Notes: generated by a model from the letters alone, not told the origin. Positions 19,040-29,282 are shown, numbered from the stretch's first letter. The stretch is 64,000 nt of DNA from Myxococcota bacterium (GCA_039208735.1 JBCCQY010000004.1:1-64000); one strand, 5' to 3'. Translations and numbers: made by a program.

Positions 19040-20758
19040 ATGGCGAGCCGCAGCCTCGAACGGCACCATCGAAAGCTCGTGGCGTGGACCGCGACGATCA
19101 CCGAGATCAGCGGTGATAGCGTGCTGGGCATTGGTCAGGCGCTCGCCGACGTTCTGACGGGTGCGCTGACGCTCGAACAGCGTACGGCTGCCCTCCAAAT
19201 CCAGCCGCCAGCGGGGATGACGCTCGACGTGTCGGAACTCGGTGGGGCTCTGATCGAGCGCATCGATCGGGCCACGGAACTCACCGGACGCGTCCGCAAT
19301 CGGGTGGGGAAGGTGGGGCAGGCTTGCGAACGCCTCACCGAAATCAATGCGATGTGCCAGATCCTGCTGATGCACACCCGCATTGAAAGCGATCGTATTC
19401 GAAAGGTCGATACCGTGCTTACGACCGGCGAGCAGTTGGCGCGCTTCATCGGACACATGGTCGAGGCAACCCAACAGGCTGAGAGCGTGCAGCACGACCT
19501 TCACGAGCTCATCGAAGGGCAGAGCGAGTTGTTGTCCAAAATGCGTCGGTTGGTCGAAACGCTGCACTTTGAGGCGGAGCGTCGACTGTCGCACCGCGAG
19601 GCGCAGCGCGTACGTCACCGGGAGCTGTTTGAACGGGCCGTGCAGGTCATTCGCGACGTCGTGCGCGCGATGGTGGTTCAATCCCAACATGGCGTGTCGG
19701 CGCTTCAGTTTCAGGATCCCGCGATTCAAGGCTTGCAGCGTCTGGACAGCAAGATGGCGGATCTGCAGGCCGGTACCGCAACGGCGGCCCACGTTCGTTG
19801 GGGACGCCGGCTTGGCGACACCACGTTTGATGTCGATCCGCACGACTGGGCCACCATCCACGCAAATGCCCGAGAGCTTCAAACCGACATCCGCAACCGC
19901 GCAGATGGGTTTCGCCGCAACGCGAAATCGGCGGTTGAAACCCTTGAGACCGTGATGGCGGAGCTGGTTCGGCTCATGGACCAGCTTGCCGACGCAGGCC
20001 AGGCGGCGATTCAGCATGCCTCGACGCCCGATGACGTCACGCCCTACCTTCGCAACCAGTTGTCAGACCTCGACCGTCTGACCTCCCGCTACGGTGCGTC
20101 GGCCTCAGAGTCCCAAACCCTTTGTGCGAGCCTCGTGGAGGTGCAGTCGCGCATGCAACGGGTGGCCCGGAAGGTTGAGACCCCGGCCCAGAACCTGTCG
20201 TTGCATGCATCGATGGCCGGACACGAAGGACGAGCGCTTGGCGTGATTGCCGACGAAATGGTGGCGATCAGTCGGGAAGTGATCACGGCGGGACACGAAC
20301 TGGTCGAGGCGGCCAACGTCCTGCTTCAGCTGCTTCCAGAACTGAAGGATGGCGCGTTGCACATTGCCGCGACCACGGCGACGCACGCAGCGGAAACCGA
20401 GCTGGCCGCCGCCTTCGAGAAAGAGGCGACGTCGGCGCGACATCGCGAACTCAACGTGGCGATGGTGAGCGTTCGCGAGCTGGTTCGCACGGTGTCGGCC
20501 GCCCAACAGGCGGCTCGCAACCATTACGGCTTTGCGGAGTCCGTCGCACCGTTCCTCGATGAGATCTCATCCATCGGCGACAGCCTCATCGACGACCTGA
20601 TCGAGCTTGGGGGACCGCCACCGGAAACGCTTCCTCCGCGCCCCGAGCCAAAGCCCGAAGCCTCGTCCGTCGAGAGCGACGACAACGAAGAGTTAGCGTG
20701 GATGTTTGAGACGGAGGAGCATGCCGAGGTCGATGTTGGCGAGCTGATCTTGCTGTAG
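19040..20758 (+). CDS. Soluble MCP-like/CheZ-like coiled-coil chemotaxis protein (paralog 2)
   Basis: ALQFQDPAIQ; degenerate MCP hairpin LSLHASMAGHEGRALGVIADEM; ends DVGELILL. Confidence 0.65.
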   Translation: MASRSLERHHRKLVAWTATITEISGDSVLGIGQALADVLTGALTLEQRTAALQIQPPAGMTLDVSELGGALIERIDRATELTGRVRNRVGKVGQACERLTEINAMCQILLMHTRIESDRIRKVDTVLTTGEQLARFIGHMVEATQQAESVQHDLHELIEGQSELLSKMRRLVETLHFEAERRLSHREAQRVRHRELFERAVQVIRDVVRAMVVQSQHGVSALQFQDPAIQGLQRLDSKMADLQAGTATAAHVRWGRRLGDTTFDVDPHDWATIHANARELQTDIRNRADGFRRNAKSAVETLETVMAELVRLMDQLADAGQAAIQHASTPDDVTPYLRNQLSDLDRLTSRYGASASESQTLCASLVEVQSRMQRVARKVETPAQNLSLHASMAGHEGRALGVIADEMVAISREVITAGHELVEAANVLLQLLPELKDGALHIAATTATHAAETELAAAFEKEATSARHRELNVAMVSVRELVRTVSAAQQAARNHYGFAESVAPFLDEISSIGDSLIDDLIELGGPPPETLPPRPEPKPEASSVESDDNEELAWMFETEEHAEVDVGELILL

Positions 20759-20876
20759 GCCTAGTCTTTGCAGATTCCCCTGGAAGGGACGGTTCCACAG
20801 GCACTTTGCGCTGCCAGGTGGGTGATCCGGCCCGAACCGATGGGCGATTTCGCCCGGCTTTGTCCGGAGGACCTGC

Positions 20877-22163
20877 ATGCACATCACACTGCTCAATGGC
20901 GTTGGATCGAGTCCCTCAAGTGATCGCATCGCAGCGGCCGTGGGGATTCGCGCCTCCCGGCTCACGGTGCATGATCTGGCCTCCCCACCGTTTCGACCCT
21001 GCGATGGGTGCGCACGGTGTTTGGTGGAGCACCCGGGCTTTTGCGCCCATCTTGGTGAGGTCCCGTCCGCCAATCGAGTTCTTGAAGACATCATGGCCGC
21101 CGACCTGGTGGTCATCGTGACGCGGCCTCGCTTTGGCGTCTGGGACTACGCGGTGAAGGCCATGCTCGATCGGGCGTTGGCACTCGGAACCCCGTTCATC
21201 GAGGGCGGGATTCGGCAGCGACGCTACGACCGCTATCCGCGCTGGGCGGTCTTCGCGCTCGGCACACAGCGAGCGGCGGGCCGTTCCTTGTTCCTGCGAG
21301 CGGCGCGGGCCACGGCATCGAGCGTCCTCCCTGGCGGACCGTGGGTCCGGTTCATTGAGCCGGACGTTCCACTGGCCACCTTGGATGCGCTGGCTGGGGA
21401 AGCCCTGGGAAGCCCTGCCCGTGCGGCCCAACCCGAACCGCGCGAAACCGTGTCACACTGGTTGGTCCGCCGAGGCGTCCCTCGGGGAACCGGTCCTCGC
21501 CACGCCGTCGTGTGGGTTGGGAGCGGAAAGCCGTCCCGAACCAGCACCTCCGAGGCTCTAGGGCGGGCGCTTGCCGAGCGGCTGCGGGCCCGAGGTTGGA
21601 CGTTCGAGGTCCTTCCGATGACGGCGCCGAACGCGGATCCCGATCGGTTCGTTGCGTCGCTGCAGCGTGCAGACCTCGTGATTCCGGCGGCGCCCGTTCA
21701 CCATGGCACGCTGCCTGCATCGGTGATCCAAGGTTTGGGGGTGGCTGTGGATGAGCCCTCTCCCGAGCGGACCGCCTGGTTGCCGATCGTCCAGTGTGGA
21801 CTTCCCGAGGTTCGCCACACCACTCTCGCCATCGAAATTCTCCAACGGGCCGTCGGCGAGCGAGGCGATGCCTGGGTGGGTCACCTGGCGATGGGGCAAG
21901 GGGAGGCGCTTCGCGGACAATCTCCCGACGGACGTGGCGTATGGGGGCGTGAACTGGCGTTGGCCCTGGACGCGGCGGCCGATGCGGTCCATGCGGGACA
22001 GCCGCTCTCCGACAGCATCATCGAGCGGTCTGCTCGGCCTCTCATGCCGGCCATGGTCTATCGAGCCGCGCATCGAGCCATTTGGTGGTGGCGTGCCGCG
22101 CGGTTGGGCACCTTGGATCGGTTGGCGGATCAGCCCTTCCGCACCGGACTCCGCGATTCGTAG
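20877..22163 (+). CDS. Tandem flavodoxin-like (NAD(P)H-dependent FMN reductase-like) protein
   Basis: LLNG...PCDGCARC...C, ADLVVIVT; second unit WVGSGK...ADLVIPAAPVHHGTLP. Confidence 0.7.
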   Translation: MHITLLNGVGSSPSSDRIAAAVGIRASRLTVHDLASPPFRPCDGCARCLVEHPGFCAHLGEVPSANRVLEDIMAADLVVIVTRPRFGVWDYAVKAMLDRALALGTPFIEGGIRQRRYDRYPRWAVFALGTQRAAGRSLFLRAARATASSVLPGGPWVRFIEPDVPLATLDALAGEALGSPARAAQPEPRETVSHWLVRRGVPRGTGPRHAVVWVGSGKPSRTSTSEALGRALAERLRARGWTFEVLPMTAPNADPDRFVASLQRADLVIPAAPVHHGTLPASVIQGLGVAVDEPSPERTAWLPIVQCGLPEVRHTTLAIEILQRAVGERGDAWVGHLAMGQGEALRGQSPDGRGVWGRELALALDAAADAVHAGQPLSDSIIERSARPLMPAMVYRAAHRAIWWWRAARLGTLDRLADQPFRTGLRDS

Positions 22164-22987
22164 GCGACCGTTGGCGGGTGGGCCAGCAAGTGATCACGGA
22201 GCGCCCGCGCCGCGGGACTGAGCCGCGCATCTCCGGCGTGCAACAGGCCGAGTTTCCGCACCACCGGCGTGCGAGCGTCGATGACTTCGACGAGCCGGCC
22301 CCGCTTGAGTTCCCCTTCGACGGCGGTGTAGCTGAGCAACGCGATTCCCATTCCTGCCATCACGTGGGCCTTCACGGCTTCGAGGCTGTTCAGCTCCATC
22401 GCGACGGGCACCTCGGGGAACTGGTCGTCGAGGATCGCTCGGTGGTTAGCGCCGGGAAAGAACGTCACGTGGGCGGCTGGCGGCGGGTGATGGGGAGCCG
22501 ACACGAGCACCAAGAGGTCTTCGCCCCAAGCTTCGGCGACAGGCGAGTTGGCGACGATGCCGAGGTCGAGATGACCCGTTTCGACGCGTCGTTCCACCTT
22601 GGATGCCACGAGTTCGCGAAGCTGAAGCTCGATTCCCGGATGTTGGCTTCGAAAGGCCGTGAGCCGCTCGGGCAACAGGTAGCCACAGGCCATCGCCCCG
22701 GCCCCGATCCGCACCTCTCCGTGCTCCAACGTGGCGATGGCGCGGACCGCGCGCCGACCTTGTTCGATGGCCCCCAAGGCCGCCTCGGCGAAGGGCCGAA
22801 GCACTTCGCCTGCGGCGGTCGGTACGGCCCCTCGAGGACCACGGTGAAACAAGACGGCCCCCACCTGATGCTCCAAACGCTGGATGGACGCCGTCAATGC
22901 AGGTTGGGACAGATGAGCATGGCGCGAGGCGGCAGTGAAGGTGCCGTGGTCGCAGATCAGTAGGAAGTGCCGTAGTTCATCGGTCAT
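22130..22987 (-). CDS. LysR family transcriptional regulator
   Basis: TFTAASRHAHLSQPALTASIQRLE...LFHR HTH; substrate-binding domain. Confidence 0.95.
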   Translation of the reverse strand: MTDELRHFLLICDHGTFTAASRHAHLSQPALTASIQRLEHQVGAVLFHRGPRGAVPTAAGEVLRPFAEAALGAIEQGRRAVRAIATLEHGEVRIGAGAMACGYLLPERLTAFRSQHPGIELQLRELVASKVERRVETGHLDLGIVANSPVAEAWGEDLLVLVSAPHHPPPAAHVTFFPGANHRAILDDQFPEVPVAMELNSLEAVKAHVMAGMGIALLSYTAVEGELKRGRLVEVIDARTPVVRKLGLLHAGDARLSPAARALRDHLLAHPPTVAYESRSPVRKG

Positions 22988-23000
22988 AGAGAATTCCTAT
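22986..23000. promoter_or_regulatory. Putative LysR binding box
   Basis: ATAG-N7-CTAT palindrome (T-N11-A) overlapping the lysR start, upstream of the divergent tauE-like gene. Confidence 0.6.
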
Positions 23001-23084
23001 CGCCAACATCAGAAGGTTTCATTGTACTGATGATGGACGAGAGGCGAAGGAGGACCCAGACCTGGACGAGAAACGGGAGACGGC

Positions 23085-23792
23085 ATGGTGCTCGCGCTCG
23101 GACCGCTGGCAGGCGGAATCACGACGGTGCTGGGGCTCGGGGGCGGGCTGATGTTGGTGCTCGTACTGCAGGTGATCCATGGCGACCCGGTGGTCGCCAT
23201 GGCCATTGCATCGCCTGCGTTGATGATCGGAAACGCCCATCGCGCCTGGCTGTTTCGGCGGTACCTACCCCTCGATGCGCCGACTACCCGGCCATGGCTC
23301 ATCGCGGTGGGCATCGGCGCGATCATCGGTGGACTGGGAGCGGTAGGGCTGCCCCCCATTGTTTTGAAGGTGGGCATGGCATTGGCCGCAGGAGTGGCCG
23401 TGCTGCGCCAGTTCGGTTGGTTGACCTCGGTGCCGCGGCCGCGCTTTGTCGCCATCGCGGGCCTGGTGGTGGGTCTTGCGAGCACCACCGGGGGCGCCGG
23501 ACTGCTCGCGGCGCCCTTGTTGTTGTCGCTTGGCTACGAGGGGCACCGCTATCTCGCGCTGCTTTCGGTCTCCGCCTTGGTGATGCACGGAGGTCGCATC
23601 CTGTCGTTTGGCGCGCTTGGGGCCATCACGATGGACCATCTGGTCCTCGCTTGCGGGCTCGCCATCGGGATTGCGGTGGGAAACACCGTGGGACGCAGCA
23701 TTCGGGAGCGACTGAGCGCAACCGTGCTGTCTCGTCTGCAGTCCGTCACGATGATGGTGATGGTCGCGTTGGCACTCGGAGGCCTGCGTTAG
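23085..23792 (+). CDS. TauE/SafE (TSUP) family membrane transporter
   Basis: GLGGG and TGGAG repeated motifs, about 7-8 hydrophobic helices; divergent from lysR. Confidence 0.8.
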   Translation: MVLALGPLAGGITTVLGLGGGLMLVLVLQVIHGDPVVAMAIASPALMIGNAHRAWLFRRYLPLDAPTTRPWLIAVGIGAIIGGLGAVGLPPIVLKVGMALAAGVAVLRQFGWLTSVPRPRFVAIAGLVVGLASTTGGAGLLAAPLLLSLGYEGHRYLALLSVSALVMHGGRILSFGALGAITMDHLVLACGLAIGIAVGNTVGRSIRERLSATVLSRLQSVTMMVMVALALGGLR

Positions 23793-23903
23793 GCCTGCAT
23801 TGAATGCCGCAGCGCTTGTCGCTCGGTTTGGAAGCTTTGAGCTGGACCGACGACATTGAGCCTCGAGCGTCGGGCGTCCAATGTCGTCACGGAGTCTCGA
23901 AGC

Positions 23904-25640
23904 CTACCGATTCACCGCCGGAGCGTCGGGGTCGCGGCAACAGCGGAACCCGATTGAACGGTCGGCGAAGTTGACCGATTCGTCGTTCGACGTAGCGCAA
24001 CGCGTACCTTTCTCGGGCTGGCTCTTCAGGCCACCCTTGACCAGGGCCCGACCTCGACCATCACGGGTGCTCGTCCATTCGCGGACGCTCCCTGACACGT
24101 CGTAGACGCCCCAGCCGGACTGGCATTCGCCACGTTCGCCCGCGAGGTGGGCGTCTTCCACGCCACGTCCGCAGACCCCTTCATCGAAGGCATAGGCGTG
24201 GGCGTAGTTGTAGCCATAGACCGTGGAGTGCGGACCTTTGCAGGCGCGCTCCCACTCATCGGCCGTACAAAGTCGTTTTCCCGCCTCTTCGCAGATCTGC
24301 TCGGCCTGCACGTAGCTCACCGCCGCCATGGGTTCGGCACCCTTGAGGTTGGGGTACTCGAACATGTCGATCAGGTAGCCAGGCGTCGTCCGTTCCTCGG
24401 CGAGGGGCTCGGTGAGGCTCGTTTGCATCTCCGCATGCAGCCGACCGGCCAGGTAAGGGCCTTCCGGAATGTAGATCATGTTGGACGGATGCCGTTCGTA
24501 CATCGCGTTGATCTCAGCCCGCGTGGGCATGCCCTGATTGAGGCGACGCTCGATCCGGGTCCGAATGGCTTCATCGGCGGCAAACGCTTGTTCGGCCGGG
24601 TCACTACGCAAGTTGTAGAGGCCGAGCGCCAGCACGATGACAATCCCGCAGGCCGCCGCCCACCCCACGGGCGAGATCAGAGGCTGGGATTCAGGCTGGT
24701 CTGCGAACGTGGGCTCGGTGAACATACGCTGCAGGTCATGCAGGAAGTCCTGGACCGACGGGTAGCGATCTTCTGCGACCTGGGAGAGCACCACTTCGAT
24801 GATGTTGTTCACATGCTCGGGCAACTCGGGGCGACGGCTCCTCGGGAGCTGGAAGGTCCCGACCGGCGCTTTGCCCATGAGCATTTCGTAGAACAGCACG
24901 CCCGCCGAGTAGACGTCGTTGCCCGGAGAGGGCGTGGGTTCGAAGCCCTTGAGTTCAGGAGCAAGATACTGCGCTTCACCGCGAGCGAACTCGTCTTCTG
25001 CCAGGACCTGGGGCGAAATGAGATCCCAGAACCCCGCGTAGGCGATCTTCACCTTTGCCACAAAGGTCTGTTGACGGGGACCCTTCCAGCTCGCATCGAC
25101 CAGCACGTGCTCGGGACGCAATCCTCGGAAGACGAGGCCGGCCTCGTGGACCGCACCGAGTCCCTGCAGGACCTGGGAGGTGATCTGCGCGGCCTCGTTG
25201 AGGGTAAGGAAGGATCCTTCGCCTCGGCGCTCGTTCAGTAGGTCGCGCAGCGACTGGCCTTCGGTGTCCTCGAAGACGACCACGGGGTAGGCCTCGTGTT
25301 GTTCGAGACCTCGCACCGCAAGCACGTTTTCATGGACGATGCGCTGTCCGCGGGCCATCGCCTCACGGAGGCCGTCGTTCGGTCCTCCCGGCGAGACGGA
25401 CGGTGCGATCAGCAAGAGTCGGACGTAGTCGCCAGACTCCAAATGCTTGGCACGGAATGTGGTGCCGAGGGGGGAGTCGCCAAGTCGATCGACGATCTCG
25501 TACCTCGCGGCAATCAGCATCCCACGCGGATAGTCGAGGGGAGCCGCGCCATCGCGTTCCTCTCGGAATTCATCCTCGCGCCCCGCCGCATCGGATGCGG
25601 TCGCAGGCGCCCCCGGGTCATCGGTGCGTTCGTCGTTCAT
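23904..25640 (-). CDS. Membrane pseudokinase with C-terminal FGE-sulfatase (SUMF1-like) domain
   Basis: Kinase fold (YLAPE, DVYSAG) with degenerate catalytic motifs; TM helix; RLCTADEWE, DVSGSVREW, GFRCC. Confidence 0.85.
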   Translation of the reverse strand: MNDERTDDPGAPATASDAAGREDEFREERDGAAPLDYPRGMLIAARYEIVDRLGDSPLGTTFRAKHLESGDYVRLLLIAPSVSPGGPNDGLREAMARGQRIVHENVLAVRGLEQHEAYPVVVFEDTEGQSLRDLLNERRGEGSFLTLNEAAQITSQVLQGLGAVHEAGLVFRGLRPEHVLVDASWKGPRQQTFVAKVKIAYAGFWDLISPQVLAEDEFARGEAQYLAPELKGFEPTPSPGNDVYSAGVLFYEMLMGKAPVGTFQLPRSRRPELPEHVNNIIEVVLSQVAEDRYPSVQDFLHDLQRMFTEPTFADQPESQPLISPVGWAAACGIVIVLALGLYNLRSDPAEQAFAADEAIRTRIERRLNQGMPTRAEINAMYERHPSNMIYIPEGPYLAGRLHAEMQTSLTEPLAEERTTPGYLIDMFEYPNLKGAEPMAAVSYVQAEQICEEAGKRLCTADEWERACKGPHSTVYGYNYAHAYAFDEGVCGRGVEDAHLAGERGECQSGWGVYDVSGSVREWTSTRDGRGRALVKGGLKSQPEKGTRCATSNDESVNFADRSIGFRCCRDPDAPAVNR

Positions 25641-25735
25641 CGCTCACGACATCGTGCTGGGGGCCGGCGGCTTTACCCGTTTTGACGGGATTGCCGACGA
25701 GTCGATGCGCATTCGGTGCGACCGATGGCCGAGGC

Positions 25736-27562
25736 ATGCACGCTGCGACCATGATGATGCAGGCGGTCAAGCTTGGCCAGTTCCAACGCGCGCTTCGCCA
25801 CTTCGAGGGCTTGACGTCTCAGGAACAGGATCATCCTACGATCCTTGAACTTGCGGCCACGCTCTACGGTCGCACGGGCGACCCAGAGCGCGAAGTACTG
25901 CTTTGGCAGAGGCTTTGGGCGCAATGTCCCGCCGACGATCGAATCGGTCGGCAATATGCGACGGTCCTCCTCAATCAAGGGCTCGCCGCCAAGGCCGCCG
26001 CATTGCTCGAGGCGCTGTCCCCTACGCAGGCTGGCGCGGTCCTGTTGGCTCGAGCCTATGTGCAGCTGCGACGGTACCCTGAGGCCATCGGCCTGTTGGT
26101 CGAGGCGCGTGCACGGGCGGACGTGGTCGAGCCCATTCTTGTGCTCGAGGCGCAGGCTCGCTACCGAAACGACGAGCGGCAACACGCACGAGCCTTGCTC
26201 GACCAAGTGGCTGCGACCGACCCTCACGACGGACCCACGACCCGCGCACTTGGACACATTTGGCACGAACTGTTGGGCATTCAGCAAGCCATCTACTGGT
26301 TTGAACGTGCGCTTGTGGCCCAGCCCGATGACGTTGACACCTGGGAGGTGTTGGCGAGCTGTTTCGAGCAAATTGGCGCGTACGCCCGTGCCCAGACGTT
26401 GGTGAATGCGATTCGGGAGCGGTTTGGGGCGACCGTGTCGCTCCAATGCCTCGAACTCCGTTTACTGCGCCATCGGGGAGCCCATGACGAGGCACGAGAA
26501 CTGGGCACCCAGGTTCTCGAACGTCCCATGACGGTGGCAGTGCGCCGGGCCGTGTTGCTCGAGTTGGCGCAGGTCGAGCAGCGGGCCGGCGACTCGGACC
26601 GCGCGTTTGTATGGGCCTCGGAGGGCAATGCTCTGGCGAAGGCCCAGCTGGCCCAGCAGGGGGTCAGGACGGGCCAATTCAACCAAGGCTTGCGCAGGGT
26701 GCTCGACCTGGTCCGTCGCCCCTTCGCGGCCGCGCCAGCGCGCCGTTCGAACCGTCCCGCTCCGGTGTTCTTGGTAGGAGTTCCCCGATCGGGGACCACC
26801 CTCACCCAACAGATGCTGCAGGCTCACCCGGCCCTGATTGGACTCGACGAAACGGACCCTGCAACCCGGGCGCTGCGACGGTTCTGCCGGGGCCGTCCCG
26901 ACGTGGCCCAGGCGCCCTATCCCGACCGAATCGCCCGGTTGACGCCTGACGATTGGCACCGGTTGCGCGCTGCCTACTGGGAGGAGGTGGCCGCGGACGG
27001 CATCGATCTGGAGCGGATCGACGCTGGAGGTCGCCTGCTCGACAAGTTGCCCCTGTCGATCGTTCGACTCCAGTGGCTCGCTCGGTTGTTTCCCGATGCA
27101 CAGGTCATCGTGTGCTTGCGGGACCCTCGGGATGCGGCGTGGTCCAACTTTTTGCAGGACTATCCGCTCAACGCGTTTGCGGCCGAGGCTACGGATCTTG
27201 ACCAGATTGCCGAGTTGGTGGACCTCGTCTACCAGATCTGGTTGGCGTGGCGTGACACGCCACCACTTTCGATGGTTGAAGTCCGGTATGAGGCGCTCAC
27301 CGACAATCCACAAGTTGCCTTGACGCCCGTGCTAGACGCATTGGAACTTCCCTTTGACGAGGCAGTGCTTTCGGTCGCTCGGCGTCGCCAGGCTCGCGAC
27401 TCCCCCACCCCGAGCTACCACGACGTGACGCGGCCCATCTATGGCCACGCCCGGGGGCGATGGCGGGCATTGCAGTCGCACCTCGCCCCCATCGTAGGTC
27501 GGCTCGAGGCCGTGTCGGTCGCGCTGGGCTACCCTTCGGCGCTCACTCCCGGCGTCGGCTAA
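25736..27562 (+). CDS. TPR-containing sulfotransferase family protein
   Basis: N-terminal TPRs; FLVGVPRSGTTL PAPS motif, DKLP, RDPRD, VRYE. Confidence 0.9.
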   Translation: MHAATMMMQAVKLGQFQRALRHFEGLTSQEQDHPTILELAATLYGRTGDPEREVLLWQRLWAQCPADDRIGRQYATVLLNQGLAAKAAALLEALSPTQAGAVLLARAYVQLRRYPEAIGLLVEARARADVVEPILVLEAQARYRNDERQHARALLDQVAATDPHDGPTTRALGHIWHELLGIQQAIYWFERALVAQPDDVDTWEVLASCFEQIGAYARAQTLVNAIRERFGATVSLQCLELRLLRHRGAHDEARELGTQVLERPMTVAVRRAVLLELAQVEQRAGDSDRAFVWASEGNALAKAQLAQQGVRTGQFNQGLRRVLDLVRRPFAAAPARRSNRPAPVFLVGVPRSGTTLTQQMLQAHPALIGLDETDPATRALRRFCRGRPDVAQAPYPDRIARLTPDDWHRLRAAYWEEVAADGIDLERIDAGGRLLDKLPLSIVRLQWLARLFPDAQVIVCLRDPRDAAWSNFLQDYPLNAFAAEATDLDQIAELVDLVYQIWLAWRDTPPLSMVEVRYEALTDNPQVALTPVLDALELPFDEAVLSVARRRQARDSPTPSYHDVTRPIYGHARGRWRALQSHLAPIVGRLEAVSVALGYPSALTPGVG

Positions 27563-29282
27563 CGAAGAACCCCAGGATCGAGAAGAACACACGCCTCCAG
27601 TACTTCACGGAAAGGAAGCGGAAGAAGAACACGTGCAGGCCCAGGGCGCCGAACAGGAGCAGGCCAACGAGCAGCACCCCAAAGCCTGCTCCCCACACCA
27701 CCGGAATGCCGAAGATCTCTGGGGAATGGGTGGCCAGGAACACCATTGAACCGAGCGTCATCGTCGAGGCGGCCGCGGCGAGTGAAAGGCGTAGCACCGC
27801 GTTCCGGATTTCTTCGCGCAGCAGGATGGCGTCTGGATCCTTTGTGATGATGGTGATGTTGCCACCTTCGAGGTCCATCAGGGCCTGGTTGAGCTGCAGC
27901 GGAACGTCGCGAAGCTGATTCTGCATCTGAACGAGGGCTCGCGCGGCATCTTGTGCGACCTGTTCGGGTGAGAACCGCCGCGTGACGAGGCGCTGAGCGT
28001 AGGGCTTGACCTCCGTCACGATGTCGGTGCCGGGCAGCAGCTTGCGGAGGCTTGCCTCGACGAGGGTGACCGCGCGAGAGAGCACCGCGAATTCGGGGGG
28101 CAGGGAAATGCCGAACCGGGTGCACATCTCGACGAGTTCCATCAGCGTGGCGGGGGATGCAAGATCGTCGAGGCTTGCACCGTGGTACTCGTGCATCTTC
28201 CTCGCGATTTCGTCGCTGAAGGCCTTCAGGTCGACCCGGCCGTGGGTGGCGCCGGCGCGGTAGACGGTCATCGCGAGGGTTTCGGCATCGCGGAAGGCCA
28301 GTGAGGTGAAGGCCGTGATCACGATGTCCTGCATGGCGCCGGTGAGCATGCCGGTGACCCCGAAGTCGAGGTACACGAGCGTGCCGTCGCTTTGCACGAT
28401 CAGGTTGCCTGGGTGTGGGTCGCCGTGGAAGAAGCCGAACTCGAAGGCCTGCAGGTACGTCGATTCCATGATGACGTGGGCCAGGCGTTTGGCTTCGGGT
28501 CCCGCGGGCGCGATGGTACCGAAGGCTTCACGGAGGGTGCTGCCCTCGCAAAGCTCCATGATGAGCATGCGTTGGGTGGACCACTCTTCGAACATGCGCG
28601 GGACCCGCACCTTGAGGTCCGTGCTTTGCAGGTGGGCCGCGAGCCGACTGGCGCTCTGCATCTCTTGCAGGAAGTCGAGTTCCTTGCTGATCGCGATGTC
28701 GAATTCACGAATGATCGCGCGGGGGGTATGGACGCCGGGCAGCTCGATTTGGCCTTCGGCCAGGGTTGCGAGCGTGTAGAGAATGGAGATGTCGCTACGA
28801 ATGACGCGGTCGATACCGCGACGTTGCAGCTTGACGGCGACGACTTCACCGGTTTTGAGTTGGGCTTTGTGAACCTGTGCGATGCTCGCCGAGCCAAGAG
28901 GATTCGGGTCGACGTAGGTGAAGACTTCATCGACGGGGCGTCCGAGTTCCCGCTCGAGCACCCAGGTCACGTCTTCGGGGGCCATGGCGGGAACGCGGTC
29001 TTGGAGCGTCTCGAACTCCACCATGATGTCCTGGGGCAGGATGTCGGGGCGTACCGAAAGCACCTGTCCAAGCTTGACAAACGTAGGCCCCAGCTCTACC
29101 AACACTTGGCGGAGGCGCCGGGCGAACGAAGCTTGGCGTTCTCCTGGAGCCTCATCGTCGGTGGGATTCTGGCCAATGAGGCGCAGCAAGTAGCCGAAGC
29201 CATTGCGGGCCAGAACCAAGGAGATTTCGTTGATGCGGGGCAGGTCGTGGACCTGGAGCCCCTGCGTGGGGACGTGTGCCAT
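27543..29282 (-). CDS. ABC1/UbiB family atypical kinase
   Basis: LGPTFVKLGQ, ASIAQVH, VAVK, HGDPHPGN, LDFG; C-terminal TM helices. Confidence 0.95.
   Translation of the reverse strand: MAHVPTQGLQVHDLPRINEISLVLARNGFGYLLRLIGQNPTDDEAPGERQASFARRLRQVLVELGPTFVKLGQVLSVRPDILPQDIMVEFETLQDRVPAMAPEDVTWVLERELGRPVDEVFTYVDPNPLGSASIAQVHKAQLKTGEVVAVKLQRRGIDRVIRSDISILYTLATLAEGQIELPGVHTPRAIIREFDIAISKELDFLQEMQSASRLAAHLQSTDLKVRVPRMFEEWSTQRMLIMELCEGSTLREAFGTIAPAGPEAKRLAHVIMESTYLQAFEFGFFHGDPHPGNLIVQSDGTLVYLDFGVTGMLTGAMQDIVITAFTSLAFRDAETLAMTVYRAGATHGRVDLKAFSDEIARKMHEYHGASLDDLASPATLMELVEMCTRFGISLPPEFAVLSRAVTLVEASLRKLLPGTDIVTEVKPYAQRLVTRRFSPEQVAQDAARALVQMQNQLRDVPLQLNQALMDLEGGNITIITKDPDAILLREEIRNAVLRLSLAAAASTMTLGSMVFLATHSPEIFGIPVVWGAGFGVLLVGLLLFGALGLHVFFFRFLSVKYWRRVFFSILGFFVSRRRE

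Noticed and set aside
23904..24500. FGE/C-type-lectin domain as a diversity-generating retroelement target
   Set aside because: No reverse transcriptase or template-repeat copy seen in the window.
22130..27562. Sulfur-metabolism cluster (TauE, FGE domain, sulfotransferase)
   Set aside because: Mixed orientations, and the FGE domain is a kinase-fused binding module; likely coincidental.
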